Below are positions 20,478 to 30,912 of a DNA stretch of 64,000 bases, in pieces. The stretch's first letter is position 1. Each line of letters opens with the position of its first letter. The stretch spans positions 448,001 through 512,000 of the forward strand of contig CAWKNZ010000002.1 in NCBI GenBank assembly GCA_963851265.1. Reading direction: 5' to 3'. Position numbers and translations under genes: made by a program. Under the pieces are notes generated by a model. The model did not search any database, was not told the DNA's origin, and saw nothing but the letters and a program-made list of their open reading frames with translations. Source of the stretch: an uncultured Gemmatimonadales bacterium. Lineage in GTDB: Bacteria > Gemmatimonadota > Gemmatimonadetes > Gemmatimonadales > Gemmatimonadaceae.

Positions 20478-21127
20478 GCGGTCGGTTCGGGAGTAGGACG
20501 AAGGGCGTGGAACGCGAACTCCCGGAGCTGCGCGAACACCTGGTCGGGCGAGAGCTCGTGGAGGGTGGGCATGAACGACTGGTTCGGCCCCATCCAGAGG
20601 GAGTGCGTGATGAACATCGCGGAGAGCATACGGGCTGCCGCGTAGGGCTCGACGGGCCGAAATTCGCCGCGGGCGACGCCGCGAGCGATCACGCCGCCGA
20701 TGAGCCGGTTGCCGCGCGTGAGCACCTCGGTCGAGTAGAACTCCACGAGGTCGGGAAAGCGGTGCAACTCGCTCACGACTAGGCGATAGACCGTGCGGAA
20801 GGGCTCGGCACGGAGGTAGTTCCACCACTGGGCCATGCAGCCGTCGAGTTGCTGTGCGGCCGGCGCGTCCGGGTCGGCGCGGATGCCGACCTCCAACCGG
20901 TCGAGCCGGTCGACGATCGTGTGGCGGACGACCTCGCGAAACAGGGCTTCCTTGTTGGGGAAGTAGAGGTAGATGGTGCCCTTGGCGATCCCGGCACGGC
21001 GCGCGATGTCGTCGAGGCGCGCGCCCACGAGTCCATACTCGCCAAAGATCTCGAGGGCGGCCTCGAGGATCTGGTGCGGGCGCTCATCGGGCGCGCGTCG
21101 ACGGACGGGATCGTAAGCGAGAGACAT
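20474..21127 (-). CDS. TetR/AcrR family transcriptional regulator
   Basis: ILEAALEIF...DDIARRAGIAKGTIYLYFPNKEALF. Confidence 0.93.
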   Translation of the reverse strand: MSLAYDPVRRRAPDERPHQILEAALEIFGEYGLVGARLDDIARRAGIAKGTIYLYFPNKEALFREVVRHTIVDRLDRLEVGIRADPDAPAAQQLDGCMAQWWNYLRAEPFRTVYRLVVSELHRFPDLVEFYSTEVLTRGNRLIGGVIARGVARGEFRPVEPYAAARMLSAMFITHSLWMGPNQSFMPTLHELSPDQVFAQLREFAFHALRPTPEPTA

Positions 21128-21131
21128 CTGG

Positions 21132-21156
21132 TTACTGACTGGTCAGTCATTTTACA
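21132..21156 (-). promoter_or_regulatory. Probable TetR operator next to a -10-like TAAAAT
   Basis: Overlapping palindromes ACTGAC-tg-GTCAGT (21134-21147) and TGACTG-gt-CAGTCA (21136-21149) just upstream of the tetR ATG; TAAAAT on - strand adjacent. Confidence 0.7.
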
Positions 21157-21243
21157 CATGCAAGAACGGGGCGCAACGGCGCCCCGTCCCGACCCACGAC
21201 GACGGTCGTGACCGTGTCGTGAACTACGGCAGCGTGCTTCGGC

Positions 21244-21432
21244 CTACTTGGTCGCCGCGGCGACGGGCTCGCCCGCCTCGAGGTGGTGGTTGGTCCACTT
21301 CACCATCCCGAACAGGAATCCGCCGATGAGGACGAGGCCGGCAATCAGGCCCATGAACGCGGCGCTCTTGTCGGCGTTGACGTCGTGGTGCTCGCCGTGA
21401 CCGGCCCCGCCGTGGTTCGTGTCGTGTGCCAT
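21244..21432 (-). CDS. Small His-rich single-TM protein
   Basis: 62 aa, good codon usage, His-rich N-terminus plus one hydrophobic helix; 11 bp downstream of the cyclophilin. Confidence 0.7.
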   Translation of the reverse strand: MAHDTNHGGAGHGEHHDVNADKSAAFMGLIAGLVLIGGFLFGMVKWTNHHLEAGEPVAAATK

Positions 21433-21443
21433 CGGAACCCCGC

Positions 21444-21905
21444 TCAGCTCACCCGAACCGTGTTCATCACGTCGTTGCCCGAGATCTGGCGGACGACGTC
21501 CATGCCCTCGACGACCTTGCCGAATACCGTGTGTACCCCGTTCAGGTGCCGCGTGTTCGGCGTGCTGAGCACGATGAAGAACTGGCTACCCCCGGTGTTG
21601 GGGCCCGCGTGCGCCATCGACAGTGCGCCTTCCTCGTGCTTGTGAGGATTCCCCTTGAGCTCGTCCGGGATCGTGTACCCGGGGCCGCCGGTACCGATGC
21701 GGCGGTCGCCCGCGGGCAGGTCGCGCGACAACGGGTCGCCGCCCTGGATGACGAAGTCGGGGATGACGCGGTGAAACTTCACCCCGTCGTAGTAGTGCTC
21801 GTTGGCCAGCTTCTCGAAGTTGGCGACCGTCTTGGGCGCCTCCTTGTCGTAGAGCTCGGCGACGATGGTGCCCTTGTTGGTCTCGAACGTGACGCGCTTG
21901 GACAT
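21444..21905 (-). CDS. Cyclophilin-type peptidyl-prolyl isomerase
   Basis: [46 protein letters not shown]. Confidence 0.95.
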   Translation of the reverse strand: MSKRVTFETNKGTIVAELYDKEAPKTVANFEKLANEHYYDGVKFHRVIPDFVIQGGDPLSRDLPAGDRRIGTGGPGYTIPDELKGNPHKHEEGALSMAHAGPNTGGSQFFIVLSTPNTRHLNGVHTVFGKVVEGMDVVRQISGNDVMNTVRVS

Positions 21906-22014
21906 GCGACGGATGGCGGTTGGAGGTAGAACCCGGACAAGGTAAGCGCGTCGGGCGGCAAAGGTGGACGCCGCGGCCCCGCCTACATTCCCGCGCCCAC
22001 CCTCCGCACGCATC

Positions 22015-22983
22015 ATGCGCATCCTCGTCAGCCGCACCGACCGCCTGGGCGACGTCGCGCTCACGCTGCCCCTGTGCGGGCTGCTGAAGCACCGGCTCGG
22101 CGCCACGGTGGTCTTCCTCGGCCGCGACTACACGCGCCCCGTGCTCGAGGCGAGTGCGGCCGTCGACGAAGTGCTCGAGTGGGACGGCGTCGCGGACGCG
22201 TCGCTCGCACGGCGACGCGAGGCGCTCCGCGCGGCGCGCGCCGACGTCGCGCTGCACGTCTTCCCGCGCGCGGCCGTGGCGTGGGCCGCGCTCGCCGCGC
22301 GCGTGCCGCGCCGCGTCGGGACCACGCACCGGTGGTACCACTGGCTCACGTGCAACGTGCGCGAGCCGCTCGAGCGCCGCGCGTCGCCGCTGCACGAGGC
22401 GCAGCTCAACGTCCGCCTCGCGCGCACGCTCCTCCCCGCCGCCGACCTCGCGCTCGCGCCGGACGCGCTGGCGCCCTACGCCGCGCTCGCGCCGCGCGTG
22501 CCGGTGCCGGTGTGGGCCGCCCCGCTGGTCGGCGGCGACCGCTCGTCGCTCGTCGTCCACCCCAAGTCGTTAGGCAGTGCGCGCGAGTGGCCGCTCGCGC
22601 GCTGGCGCGCCCTGGTCGACGCGCTGCCCGCGGACCGGTATCGCGTGCTCGTCACGGGCTCGGCCCAGGAAGGGGCGGCGATGCGGGGGTGGCTCGACGC
22701 GCTGCCGGCGCACGCGCACGACCTCACCGGCCGGCTGTCACTCGCCGAACTGCTGGCGGTGCTCGCGGCCGCGGACGGGGTGGTGGCAGCGAGCACGGGG
22801 CCGCTCCACCTCGCGGCCCTGCTCGGCACGCCGACTCTGGGATTGTTCGCGCCGGTGCGCCCGGTGCACGCGGGGCGCTGGGCCCCGATCGGCACGCGGG
22901 CCGAAGTGCTGGAGGCGCAGATGGACGCGATCAGCCCGGCGTCTGTCGCGGCACGGGTCGAGGCGTGGGTGCCGACGCGCTAG
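22015..22983 (+). CDS. Glycosyltransferase family 9 (heptosyltransferase-like)
   Basis: [10 protein letters not shown]...[11 protein letters not shown]. Confidence 0.88.
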   Translation: MRILVSRTDRLGDVALTLPLCGLLKHRLGATVVFLGRDYTRPVLEASAAVDEVLEWDGVADASLARRREALRAARADVALHVFPRAAVAWAALAARVPRRVGTTHRWYHWLTCNVREPLERRASPLHEAQLNVRLARTLLPAADLALAPDALAPYAALAPRVPVPVWAAPLVGGDRSSLVVHPKSLGSAREWPLARWRALVDALPADRYRVLVTGSAQEGAAMRGWLDALPAHAHDLTGRLSLAELLAVLAAADGVVAASTGPLHLAALLGTPTLGLFAPVRPVHAGRWAPIGTRAEVLEAQMDAISPASVAARVEAWVPTR

Positions 22984-24178
22984 CCGCCGCCCGCGGCGCG
23001 TCGGTGTGCGTGACCAGCAACCGACCGCCGCGATCACCGCGGGTGCCGGACAGCAGGTCGTGCACGGCGTCGACGATATCCTGCACCGGGACGGCGTCGA
23101 TCTCACAGTCTTCCGGGAAGTGGACGACGCGCCGAGGCATCGCGCCCCACGCTCCCCACAGGTGCGCCTCGGTGTACGCCGTGTAGACGGCGACGAGCGG
23201 CGTTCCGACGGCCGCCGCGATGTGCATGTTGGCCGTGTCGGGGGTGAGCACGATCGCGGCGCGACTCAGCAGCGCGACGAGATCGGTGAGGTCGGCCGAG
23301 GGTGGGGCGACGACGACGCGCTCGGCGGCGGCCGGGTCGAGCGCCGCGATCGCGCCGGCCGCCATCGCCGCGGCTTCGGCCGCGCGGGCGGGCGGCGGCG
23401 TGAACACCACGGCGAGATCCGGGTGCTGCACGGCGAGCGCGATCGCGATCTCTGCCGCCCGCGCCACGCCGAAGCACCGCTTGCGCTGACTGCCCCACGC
23501 GTTGAACGCGACGAACGCTCGCCCGGCGAGCACCTCGGCGACGAACGCGCCCGTGCGCGCGTCCGCGACCGGCGTGGTCGTCAGGCGCGGCGGGTATTCG
23601 GCGGGCGTGGGCGGCGCGGCGTGCGGATCGCCCACCGCGGCCCACGCGAGGTGGAGGAAGCGGGTGGTCACGTGCCGGCGCGCGAGGGGTACGCGAAACT
23701 GGTGCGTGAACAGCCCCGCGTACTGCGGCGGGCGCCGCACCGTGGCACGCATCGCCCCAGGCGGCGCGACGAGCGCGGCCGTCACGCCCTCGTCCAGATG
23801 GTCGCGCAGCCGGAGGGTGAGGATCACGTCGTACCGGCGCGCCCGAAGCGTGTGCAGCATGCGCCACCACCCACGCAGCCCACGCCGGTACTGGTACACG
23901 TGATCGATGCGCGGGTCATGCGTGAGGAGCGAGGTCGCGCTCGCCGTCACCACGTCGATTTCCGCCGCCGGCAGTCGCGCGCGCAGGTAGGCGATGGTCG
24001 GGGTCAGCACCACCGCATCGCCCACCCGATCCGTGCGCGCCAGCAGCACGCGGCGCGCCCGCGCCGGAGGAAGCGGCGCAGGCGAGATCTCGTCGGAAAA
24101 GATCGCGCGATACAGGCAGTACAGCACCCGGTAGAAGCGTCGCGTGAGGCGCGTGCGGAACGGCCCGGTTCTCTTCAT
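22931..24178 (-). CDS. Glycosyltransferase family 9
   Basis: RTDRVGDAVVLTP, TPDTANMHIAAA; ATGA overlap with upstream gene. Confidence 0.85.
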   Translation of the reverse strand: MKRTGPFRTRLTRRFYRVLYCLYRAIFSDEISPAPLPPARARRVLLARTDRVGDAVVLTPTIAYLRARLPAAEIDVVTASATSLLTHDPRIDHVYQYRRGLRGWWRMLHTLRARRYDVILTLRLRDHLDEGVTAALVAPPGAMRATVRRPPQYAGLFTHQFRVPLARRHVTTRFLHLAWAAVGDPHAAPPTPAEYPPRLTTTPVADARTGAFVAEVLAGRAFVAFNAWGSQRKRCFGVARAAEIAIALAVQHPDLAVVFTPPPARAAEAAAMAAGAIAALDPAAAERVVVAPPSADLTDLVALLSRAAIVLTPDTANMHIAAAVGTPLVAVYTAYTEAHLWGAWGAMPRRVVHFPEDCEIDAVPVQDIVDAVHDLLSGTRGDRGGRLLVTHTDAPRAAASASAPTPRPVPRQTPG

Positions 24179-25437
24179 CGCTCGACGGACCAGGCGTGGT
24201 GAGAACGGCCCGCACCCGGCCGCACGACGCGCGGCGCGATCGCGGCACGTGCGGAGCCCAGGACCGCGTCGACCGCGTCGACGACGGCCGCGGCCGGAAG
24301 CTCGGCGAGGGGCCGCCGCCCGTCGACCGCCACGGCCCGGTGAGCGGGGCCGGGCGGGGCCCAGTGCACCATCTTCGTGCCGCTCAGTGGCGTGTAGAGC
24401 GCGACCGTCGGCCGTCCGGCGGCAGCGGCGAGGTGCACGTTGGCGGTGTCGGGCGTGACGACCAGCGCCGCGCGCGCGAGGACCGCGGCGAGTTCGGGAA
24501 GCCGTGGCGACGACGGGATCGCGACGACGCGCGTCGCGTCGGCCGGGGCGAGGCGCGCGCGGGCGGCGCGGACGATGGTCGCCGCCGACGCGTCCGCACC
24601 CGGCGGCGGGGTGAGCGCAACCCACAGCCCCGGGTGCCGCACGACGATGCCGGCCGCGATCTCCGCGGCCTGCGCCTCGCCCAGCGTGCGCATCGGCGCC
24701 GACGCCCACGCGTTGAGCGCCACGAACGCGCCGCCCACGTGATCGACGAGCCGGGCGTCCACGCGTTGGGCGACCTCCGCCGACACGTGTACCGAGAGGG
24801 GATACGCGGCCGTGCCGTCGGCCGCCCGGCCACGTCCGCCCGTGACCGCGGCGCGCACGGCGTAGAGCAGGCGCTCGGGCATGTAGCGCCGCTCGAACCC
24901 CTTCACACGGGCGCGGTGCGTGAAGAGTCCCGCGAAGCGCACCGGTCGGTGCGGCGTGACGCGGGCGCCGCGGCGTCCGGCCACGAACGCGGTGAGCAGG
25001 CCCTCGCGCAGGTGGTGCGGCAGCACGAAATCGGCGACGAGATCGTAGCGCTCGCGCCGGAGCCGCCGCGCGAGTCCGGTCCACGCGCGCGCCGCCGCGA
25101 GGGGCCCACGCCCGCGCCGCGGGTCGTGCACGACCACGCGGTCGACGCGCGGGTCGCCTTCCAGGAGCGAAGCGCTGCCGGGCGCCACGAGCACGTCGAT
25201 CCGGGCGTGCGGCGCGGCATCGCGCAGGAACGCCACGGCCGGCGTGGCGACGACGAGGTCGCCGACGAAGTAGTTGGCCATCACGAGCACGCGCCGCAGC
25301 GCGTCGCCGTCGATGGGGCCCGGGCCGACGTCGGTCGGGAACGCGCGCCGCGCGAGGCCGAACAGGGCGCGGTTGTAGCGCCGGCGCAGGCGCCGGCGTA
25401 GCCGCGCCGCGCCCGTGGTGATCGGCGCTCCGGTCAC
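24175..25437 (-). CDS. Glycosyltransferase family 9
   Basis: [25 protein letters not shown] overlap with nth stop. Confidence 0.85.
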   Translation of the reverse strand: MTGAPITTGAARLRRRLRRRYNRALFGLARRAFPTDVGPGPIDGDALRRVLVMANYFVGDLVVATPAVAFLRDAAPHARIDVLVAPGSASLLEGDPRVDRVVVHDPRRGRGPLAAARAWTGLARRLRRERYDLVADFVLPHHLREGLLTAFVAGRRGARVTPHRPVRFAGLFTHRARVKGFERRYMPERLLYAVRAAVTGGRGRAADGTAAYPLSVHVSAEVAQRVDARLVDHVGGAFVALNAWASAPMRTLGEAQAAEIAAGIVVRHPGLWVALTPPPGADASAATIVRAARARLAPADATRVVAIPSSPRLPELAAVLARAALVVTPDTANVHLAAAAGRPTVALYTPLSGTKMVHWAPPGPAHRAVAVDGRRPLAELPAAAVVDAVDAVLGSARAAIAPRVVRPGAGRSHHAWSVER

Positions 25438-26153
25438 CGGTCGGCGCCGTCGCGGTCGCCGTGCATGGGCCGGCTCGACGGGCAGATGGCGGCGAGCGTG
25501 CATGCCCCGCAGCGCGGCGTGCGCGCGTCGCACACGCGGCGGCCGTGGAAGATCAGCCGGTGCGAGAGCATCGCCCAGCCGTCCTGTGGGAAGAGCGGGA
25601 TGAGCTCCTGCTCGATCGTGACCGGGTCGTCGCCGCGGGCGAGGCCCAGCCGCCGGCTGAGCCGGTGGACGTGCGTGTCGACGGTGACGCCCGCGTTGAT
25701 GCCGAACGCGTTGCCGAGGATCACGTTCGCGGTCTTGCGCCCGACCCCCGGTAGCTCGACGAGCTCCGGCATCGTGCGCGGCACCTCGCCGCCGTGCCGC
25801 TCGACGAGGGCGCGGGCCATGCCGACGAGGCTCCGCGCCTTGTTGCGGAAGAAGCCCGTGGGCTGCACCAGGCGCTCGACGTCGGCCACGTCGGCGGCGG
25901 CGAGCGCGCGCGCGTCGGGGTAGGCGGCGAAGAGCGCGGGCGTGGTCAGGTTCACGCGGCGGTCGGTACACTGCGCGGAGAGGATCGTGGCGCAGAGCAA
26001 CTCGAAGGGGTCGCGGTGGGTCAACTCGCAGTGCGCGTCCGGGTGCGCGTCCGCGAGGGCCTGCCACACGCGCGCGGCGTGCGCGGGCATGTCCCGCTTG
26101 AGGATGCGCCCGGGCGCGCGCGGCCCGGCGGCCCTCGCACGCCTAACGGGCAC
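25434..26153 (-). CDS. nth: Endonuclease III
   Basis: LSAQCTD, Hh[17 protein letters not shown], 4Fe-4S motif C-x6-C-x2-C-x5-C. Confidence 0.95.
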   Translation of the reverse strand: MPVRRARAAGPRAPGRILKRDMPAHAARVWQALADAHPDAHCELTHRDPFELLCATILSAQCTDRRVNLTTPALFAAYPDARALAAADVADVERLVQPTGFFRNKARSLVGMARALVERHGGEVPRTMPELVELPGVGRKTANVILGNAFGINAGVTVDTHVHRLSRRLGLARGDDPVTIEQELIPLFPQDGWAMLSHRLIFHGRRVCDARTPRCGACTLAAICPSSRPMHGDRDGADR

Positions 26154-27855
26154 GGGCCGCCCCGCCGGTGCCCCCGCGGCCCCCTTCGCGCTTCGCGCGC
26201 GCGAAGGCGAGCACGGCGTCGGCGTCGCGCGCGTTGAGCACGTCGCCCGGACCGAGCCAGCCCTTGCGCGCGACGCCGACCCCGAAGTCCACGTTGGCGA
26301 GCCCCGCGGGCGTGTGCGCGTCGGGCCCGATCTCGATCGTCACCCCCCGGTCCTTCGCGGCGCGCAGCTCACGCCAGTCGAGGTCCAGCCGGTGCGGGTC
26401 GGCGTTGAGCTCGACCGACGCGCCGTGCTGGGCGGCGGCCGCCACCACCTCGCCGACGTCGATCGCGTACGCCTCGCGCTGGAGCAGCAGCCGCCCGGTG
26501 GGGTGGCCCAGTACCGTGAGGAACGGGTTCGCCACCGCGCGGCAGACGCGGTCGGTCATCTCGCGCGCGCTCAGCCCGAAGCGCGAGTGCACGCTCCCGA
26601 CGACGAACTCGAAGCGCGCGAGGGTGTGCTCGTCGTAGTCCAGCTCGCCGTCGCCGAGAATGTCGCACTCGATCCCTTTCAGGACGCGGAACGCGACGTC
26701 GCGCGCGGCGTAGTCGTCGTTCACGCGGTCGATCTCCCCGTGCTGCTTGATGACGGCCGCGGGGGTGAGACCCCCCGCGTACGCCGCGCTCTGCGAGTGG
26801 TCGGTGATGCCGAGGTACGCCCACCCCATCGCGCGGGCCGCCTCGGCCATCTCGGCCACCGTCGCGCGGCCGTCGGAGTACTCGGTGTGGCAGTGCAAGA
26901 CGCCGCGCAGGTCCGCGGGCTCCAGCAGTCCGGGGAGGGCGCCCGCGGCTGCGGCTTCCACCTCGCCCGTGCCCTCGCGCAGTTCGGGGACGACGAAGGC
27001 GAGCCCCGCGAGCGCGTACACGTCGACTTCATCGCGGACCGGGACGATGTCGCCGTCCGCGCCGCGCAGCGCGCCCCCGTCGAGCGTGTACCCGCGCGCG
27101 GCGAGCCGGGCGGCCACCTGCGCAACGTGCGCCGCGCTCCCAGTCGCGCGCCAGAGCGCGAGCGCGTACGCCGCGGGCGCCGCGCGCGTGAGGCGCGCGG
27201 CGACGCCGTGGGCGGCGGGGAGGCGTACGGGGGTCGCTTCGGCCGCGGCGGCGACCACGTCCACCGCGGCCACCACCTCCAGCCGGCGCCGCACCTCGCC
27301 CGCTGCCTGCACCGCGACCACGCCGGGCTGCGCGCGCACCGCCTCGACCAGGCGCGCGGCCTCGATTGCCGCCTCGGGGAAGCGCACCAGTCCGGTACTC
27401 GCCCGCAGGAACGCGATCCCCGCGGCGATCTTCGCGGCCGTCTTCGCGCCGAACCCCTTCACGCTCGCGAGGCGCCCGTCCTGCGCGGCCGTCTCGAGCG
27501 CGTCGAGCGAGTCGACGCCCAGCGTCGTGTGCAGCTGGTGGATCTTGGACGTGCCGAGCCCCTGGACGTGCAGCAGCTCGGCGAGTCCCGGCGGCGTCTC
27601 GGCGGCGAGCTCGTCGAGCAGGTTGCTGCGGCCGTTGGTCACGAGGTCCCGCACGACGGCGAGCGTGCCCGGGCCGAGGCCCGGCACCTCTTCGAGCGAG
27701 CCGTCGGCGAACAGCGGCGCGAGGTCTTCGGCGTCGAGCGCGGTGAGCGCTCGGGCGGCGTTGTGGTACGCGCGCGTCTTGAACGGGTTGTCGCCGCGGA
27801 GTTCGAGGAGTTGGCCGATGCGTTCCAGGGCATCGGCGGCGGCGCGCGAGTCCAT
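26143..27855 (-). CDS. polX: DNA polymerase X / PHP domain protein (non-canonical palm)
   Basis: N-terminal [11 protein letters not shown], HhH motifs, PELREG, PHP ligands HCHT, DG, TDHS, GIE, SVH, GHPTGR, DAH. Confidence 0.88.
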   Translation of the reverse strand: MDSRAAADALERIGQLLELRGDNPFKTRAYHNAARALTALDAEDLAPLFADGSLEEVPGLGPGTLAVVRDLVTNGRSNLLDELAAETPPGLAELLHVQGLGTSKIHQLHTTLGVDSLDALETAAQDGRLASVKGFGAKTAAKIAAGIAFLRASTGLVRFPEAAIEAARLVEAVRAQPGVVAVQAAGEVRRRLEVVAAVDVVAAAAEATPVRLPAAHGVAARLTRAAPAAYALALWRATGSAAHVAQVAARLAARGYTLDGGALRGADGDIVPVRDEVDVYALAGLAFVVPELREGTGEVEAAAAGALPGLLEPADLRGVLHCHTEYSDGRATVAEMAEAARAMGWAYLGITDHSQSAAYAGGLTPAAVIKQHGEIDRVNDDYAARDVAFRVLKGIECDILGDGELDYDEHTLARFEFVVGSVHSRFGLSAREMTDRVCRAVANPFLTVLGHPTGRLLLQREAYAIDVGEVVAAAAQHGASVELNADPHRLDLDWRELRAAKDRGVTIEIGPDAHTPAGLANVDFGVGVARKGWLGPGDVLNARDADAVLAFARAKREGGRGGTGGAARAR

Positions 27856-27959
27856 ACGGCCAAGCTAGCGGCCGCTCGGCCGGTCCGGGGCAGGCGGGTC
27901 AGCTAAGTTCCATGACCAACCCCCGGTGACCGATCCCATCTCCGGATGTTTCACCGCTC

Positions 27960-28180
27960 CCGGTCCCCGTCCACGAAATCTAGAGGCACCTCTCCCGCCT
28001 GCTCGCGGCCGTCCAGCGGGGGAGGTCGTGGTGATCATGCGCGACCGCACGCCAGGGGCGCGGCTGGTCGAGTTCGAGGAGTAGCGCGCGCACCCGGTGT
28101 TCGGTGACATGCGCGGCCAGATCGGTGACATCCCGCCTGAGGCGGTCGCGCCGATGACCGAGGAGGCCTCGGACGAGTGA
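27960..28180 (+). pseudogene. Decayed Phd/YefM (VapB-like) antitoxin
   Basis: VHEI*RHLSRLLAAVQRG / frameshift in G-run 28018-28022 / EVVVIMRDRTPGARLVEFEE*RAHPVFGDMRGQI. Confidence 0.75.
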
Positions 28181-28205
28181 GGCCTGTCGCGGGCGGCGAC
28201 GTGCC

Positions 28206-28330
28206 GTGCGGATCCTGCTCGACACGCACGCACCGTTCGGGTACCGCGCCGGCAGCGGCGCGCGACATTCAGCAGACGCCCGCTGCGAGCTGCCGGACGT
28301 CGGAGCCCTCGCCGCCGACACGGCGTTAGG
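28206..28330 (+). pseudogene. Truncated VapC (PIN) toxin N-terminus
   Basis: GTG start reading MRILLDTHA...HSADARCEL directly after the antitoxin relic; similarity then disappears. Confidence 0.65.
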
Positions 28331-28424
28331 CGTACATCGTCGCGGCATCGCCTCGCGGCGGTGGGCGGCACGCCGCACCCGGCGGCGCGGAGAACCGCCC
28401 GGCGCGCGCCGCGCAGTGTTCCTG

Positions 28425-30899
28425 CTATGGCCTCGCGCCGAACCTCCGCGACGCGACTGCCTCGTCGCGTCGCGGGGCCGCCGCAGCCGAGTCGCCGCGA
28501 AGCAGTCGTGCGCGCGCCGCCCACAGCGCGCCGTCGGTCGTCGCGACGGCTGCGCCGTTCGCCATCCCGAACGCGCGAAGCCGCTCGGCGCGGTCGAGCA
28601 CTTCGGCCCACCGGCCGCGCGCGGCGAGGGCTTCGAGCGCGTTGTCGACGATGTCGACCCGCACCGGTGCGACCACTTCGGGGAGCGCGTCGAGGACCGC
28701 CAGCGCGCTGTCCGCCTCGGCCGATGCGGCCGCGGTGTCGCCGCGCCGGAGCAGTGTGAGCGACCGGTACGCCCGGAAGTGCGCCGCCTCGCGGCTGTTC
28801 GCGCCGTAGCCGATCGCCGCGAGCCGGATCCCCTCGCGCGCGACCGAGTCGGCGGCCGCGAGGGCGCCGGCGCCGCTGAGCGCCCCCTCGTGGCCGAGCA
28901 TCGCGTCGAGCCGCTCGACGGAGAGTGGAGCGCCGAGCGAGTCCATGATCGCGATCGCGCGGACGTAGTACGTGTCGGTCGAGTCGTGGCGCGTCGTGCC
29001 GAGCACGCGCCACGCCCACGCGCGCGCGGGTGTGGGCGCGCGCGTGCGGGCTCGCTCGATCGCGAGCACCTCGGTCGCGAGCGAGTCGGCCGTGCGCAGG
29101 TCTCCGCGCGCGAGGGCGAGCGTCGCGCGCGCGCCGACGACGCGGGCGCGCAGTTCGCCACGTACCGGGTCGCGTGCCGCCTCGTCCGCGGGAAGCGCCG
29201 CGCACGCCGCCTCGAGGCGGCGTTGGGCGGCGGCGAAGCCATTCGTGCGCATGGCGGCCAGCCCCGCCGCGAGGCTCGCCTCGGCGTACGCCGTGGACCG
29301 CGTGCCGTAGCTGCTCTGCGCAAGTATCACCGCCGAGTCGAGCACGGCGGCCGCCTCGCGCGCCCGATCTTGGGCGACGTAGGTCGCACCGATCGCGGTG
29401 TAGAGCCGGGCGCGCGTGCGCGGGTCCGCGGCGAACGCGGTGGGCACGCGTCCGGCCGCACTGTCGAGCGCCTCGGCGAGCGAGGCGTGCGGGCCGAGGC
29501 GCGTGAGCACGCCACCCGTAGTCACGTCGGGCGTGCCCAGCAGTTGCTGGAGGAACGACGCGACGCGCTCGGAGCGCTCGGCCTCGCGCCGGCTCTCGCG
29601 CGCCTGCCAGAGCGCGACGCCGCTCCCGCACACGAGCGCGGTCGCCGCGACGGCGAGGCCCGCGGCGAGCGCGCGTCGCCGACGCACGAACACGCGCGCC
29701 CGGTAGGCGAGCGTGTCGGGGCGGGCGAGGACGCGGTCGCCGCGCAGGTACCGCCGCACGTCGTCGGCGAGCGCGTCGACGGTCCCGTAGCGTCGCGCGG
29801 GTTCCTTGCGCAGGGCGGTGCGGACGATCGCGTCGAGGTCGCCGCGGAGCGTGCGCGCGAGGCGCGTCGCCGAGGGCGCGCCGCGCGCGCGGGCCGGCGC
29901 GTCGTCGCCCCGCGCGACCACGTCGGGGAGCGGCGGCACCGGACGGTCGAGCACGGCCACGATCGCCTCCGCCGGGCTCAGCTCGTCGGCGTCCAGCGGC
30001 GTGTGGCCGGTCAGCAGCAGGTGCAGGAGTGCGCCTAACGCGTACACGTCGGCCGCGGTCGTCACGCCGCCGCCGCGCACCTGTTCGGGCGCTGCGAACG
30101 CCGCCGTGAAGGGCGAGACGCCCGCCCCGGTGAGCGTCCCCGGGCGATCGGCCCCGTCGAGGAGCTTCGCCACGCCGAAGTCGAGCAGCTTGACCGTGCC
30201 TTCGCCGGTGACGAAGATGTTGGACGGCTTCAGGTCGCGGTGGATGACGAGCGCGCGGTGGGCGTGGGCGACGGCGGCGCACGCCTGCCGGAAGAGGTCG
30301 AGCCGCGCCGGAATCGTGAGGCGCCGCGTGTCGCACCAGGCGTCGATCGGCTCGCCCTCGACGAACTCCATGACGAGGTACGGCAGGCCCTCGGCCGTCG
30401 CCCCGCCGTCCAGTAACTGCGCGATGTTGGGGTGCGCGAGCGAGGCGAGGATCTGGCGCTCGCTCTGCAGCCGTCGCGTCATGAGCGTGCTGTCCGCGTT
30501 GCGCCAGACGGTCTTGATCGCCACCCGGTGCGTGTACGTGCCGTCGACGCGCTCGGCCTCGTACACGGTCCCCATGCCGCCCTCGCCGACGCGCCGCACG
30601 ACGCGGTAAGGGCCGAGTTGGCGCCCCTCGAACGGCGGCGCCTCCGGTGCGCCGGCGGGGCCCGAGGCGGACGGGTCGGCGAGCAGCGCGGCCCACCCTG
30701 CCCCCGTGCCGGCGTGACGTTCGAACCGCTCGCCCGCCGCCGCATCGGCGGCGAGCAGGCGGCGGACCTCTCGGAGGACCGCCTGGTCGGCGGCGCTCCG
30801 GGCGAGGTGGGCGTCGCGCTCCGCCGCGGGGAGGGCGGCCGTCTCCCAGAAGAGCTGCTTGACGGCCGGCCAGTGCTCCGCGGCGGGGGCGCGCGCCAT
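28425..30899 (-). CDS. Hanks-type Ser/Thr protein kinase with TM and TPR-like extracytoplasmic region
   Basis: GEGGMGTVY, VAIK, HRDLKPSN, DFG, APE, DVYALG, GDLDAIV. Confidence 0.93.
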   Translation of the reverse strand: MARAPAAEHWPAVKQLFWETAALPAAERDAHLARSAADQAVLREVRRLLAADAAAGERFERHAGTGAGWAALLADPSASGPAGAPEAPPFEGRQLGPYRVVRRVGEGGMGTVYEAERVDGTYTHRVAIKTVWRNADSTLMTRRLQSERQILASLAHPNIAQLLDGGATAEGLPYLVMEFVEGEPIDAWCDTRRLTIPARLDLFRQACAAVAHAHRALVIHRDLKPSNIFVTGEGTVKLLDFGVAKLLDGADRPGTLTGAGVSPFTAAFAAPEQVRGGGVTTAADVYALGALLHLLLTGHTPLDADELSPAEAIVAVLDRPVPPLPDVVARGDDAPARARGAPSATRLARTLRGDLDAIVRTALRKEPARRYGTVDALADDVRRYLRGDRVLARPDTLAYRARVFVRRRRALAAGLAVAATALVCGSGVALWQARESRREAERSERVASFLQQLLGTPDVTTGGVLTRLGPHASLAEALDSAAGRVPTAFAADPRTRARLYTAIGATYVAQDRAREAAAVLDSAVILAQSSYGTRSTAYAEASLAAGLAAMRTNGFAAAQRRLEAACAALPADEAARDPVRGELRARVVGARATLALARGDLRTADSLATEVLAIERARTRAPTPARAWAWRVLGTTRHDSTDTYYVRAIAIMDSLGAPLSVERLDAMLGHEGALSGAGALAAADSVAREGIRLAAIGYGANSREAAHFRAYRSLTLLRRGDTAAASAEADSALAVLDALPEVVAPVRVDIVDNALEALAARGRWAEVLDRAERLRAFGMANGAAVATTDGALWAARARLLRGDSAAAAPRRDEAVASRRFGARP

Positions 30900-30912
30900 C
30901 TATCGCAAGGCG

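Noticed and set aside
27981..28084. In-frame TAGs as pyrrolysine or readthrough recoding
   Set aside because: They come with a frameshift and a truncated partner gene, so decay is the simpler explanation
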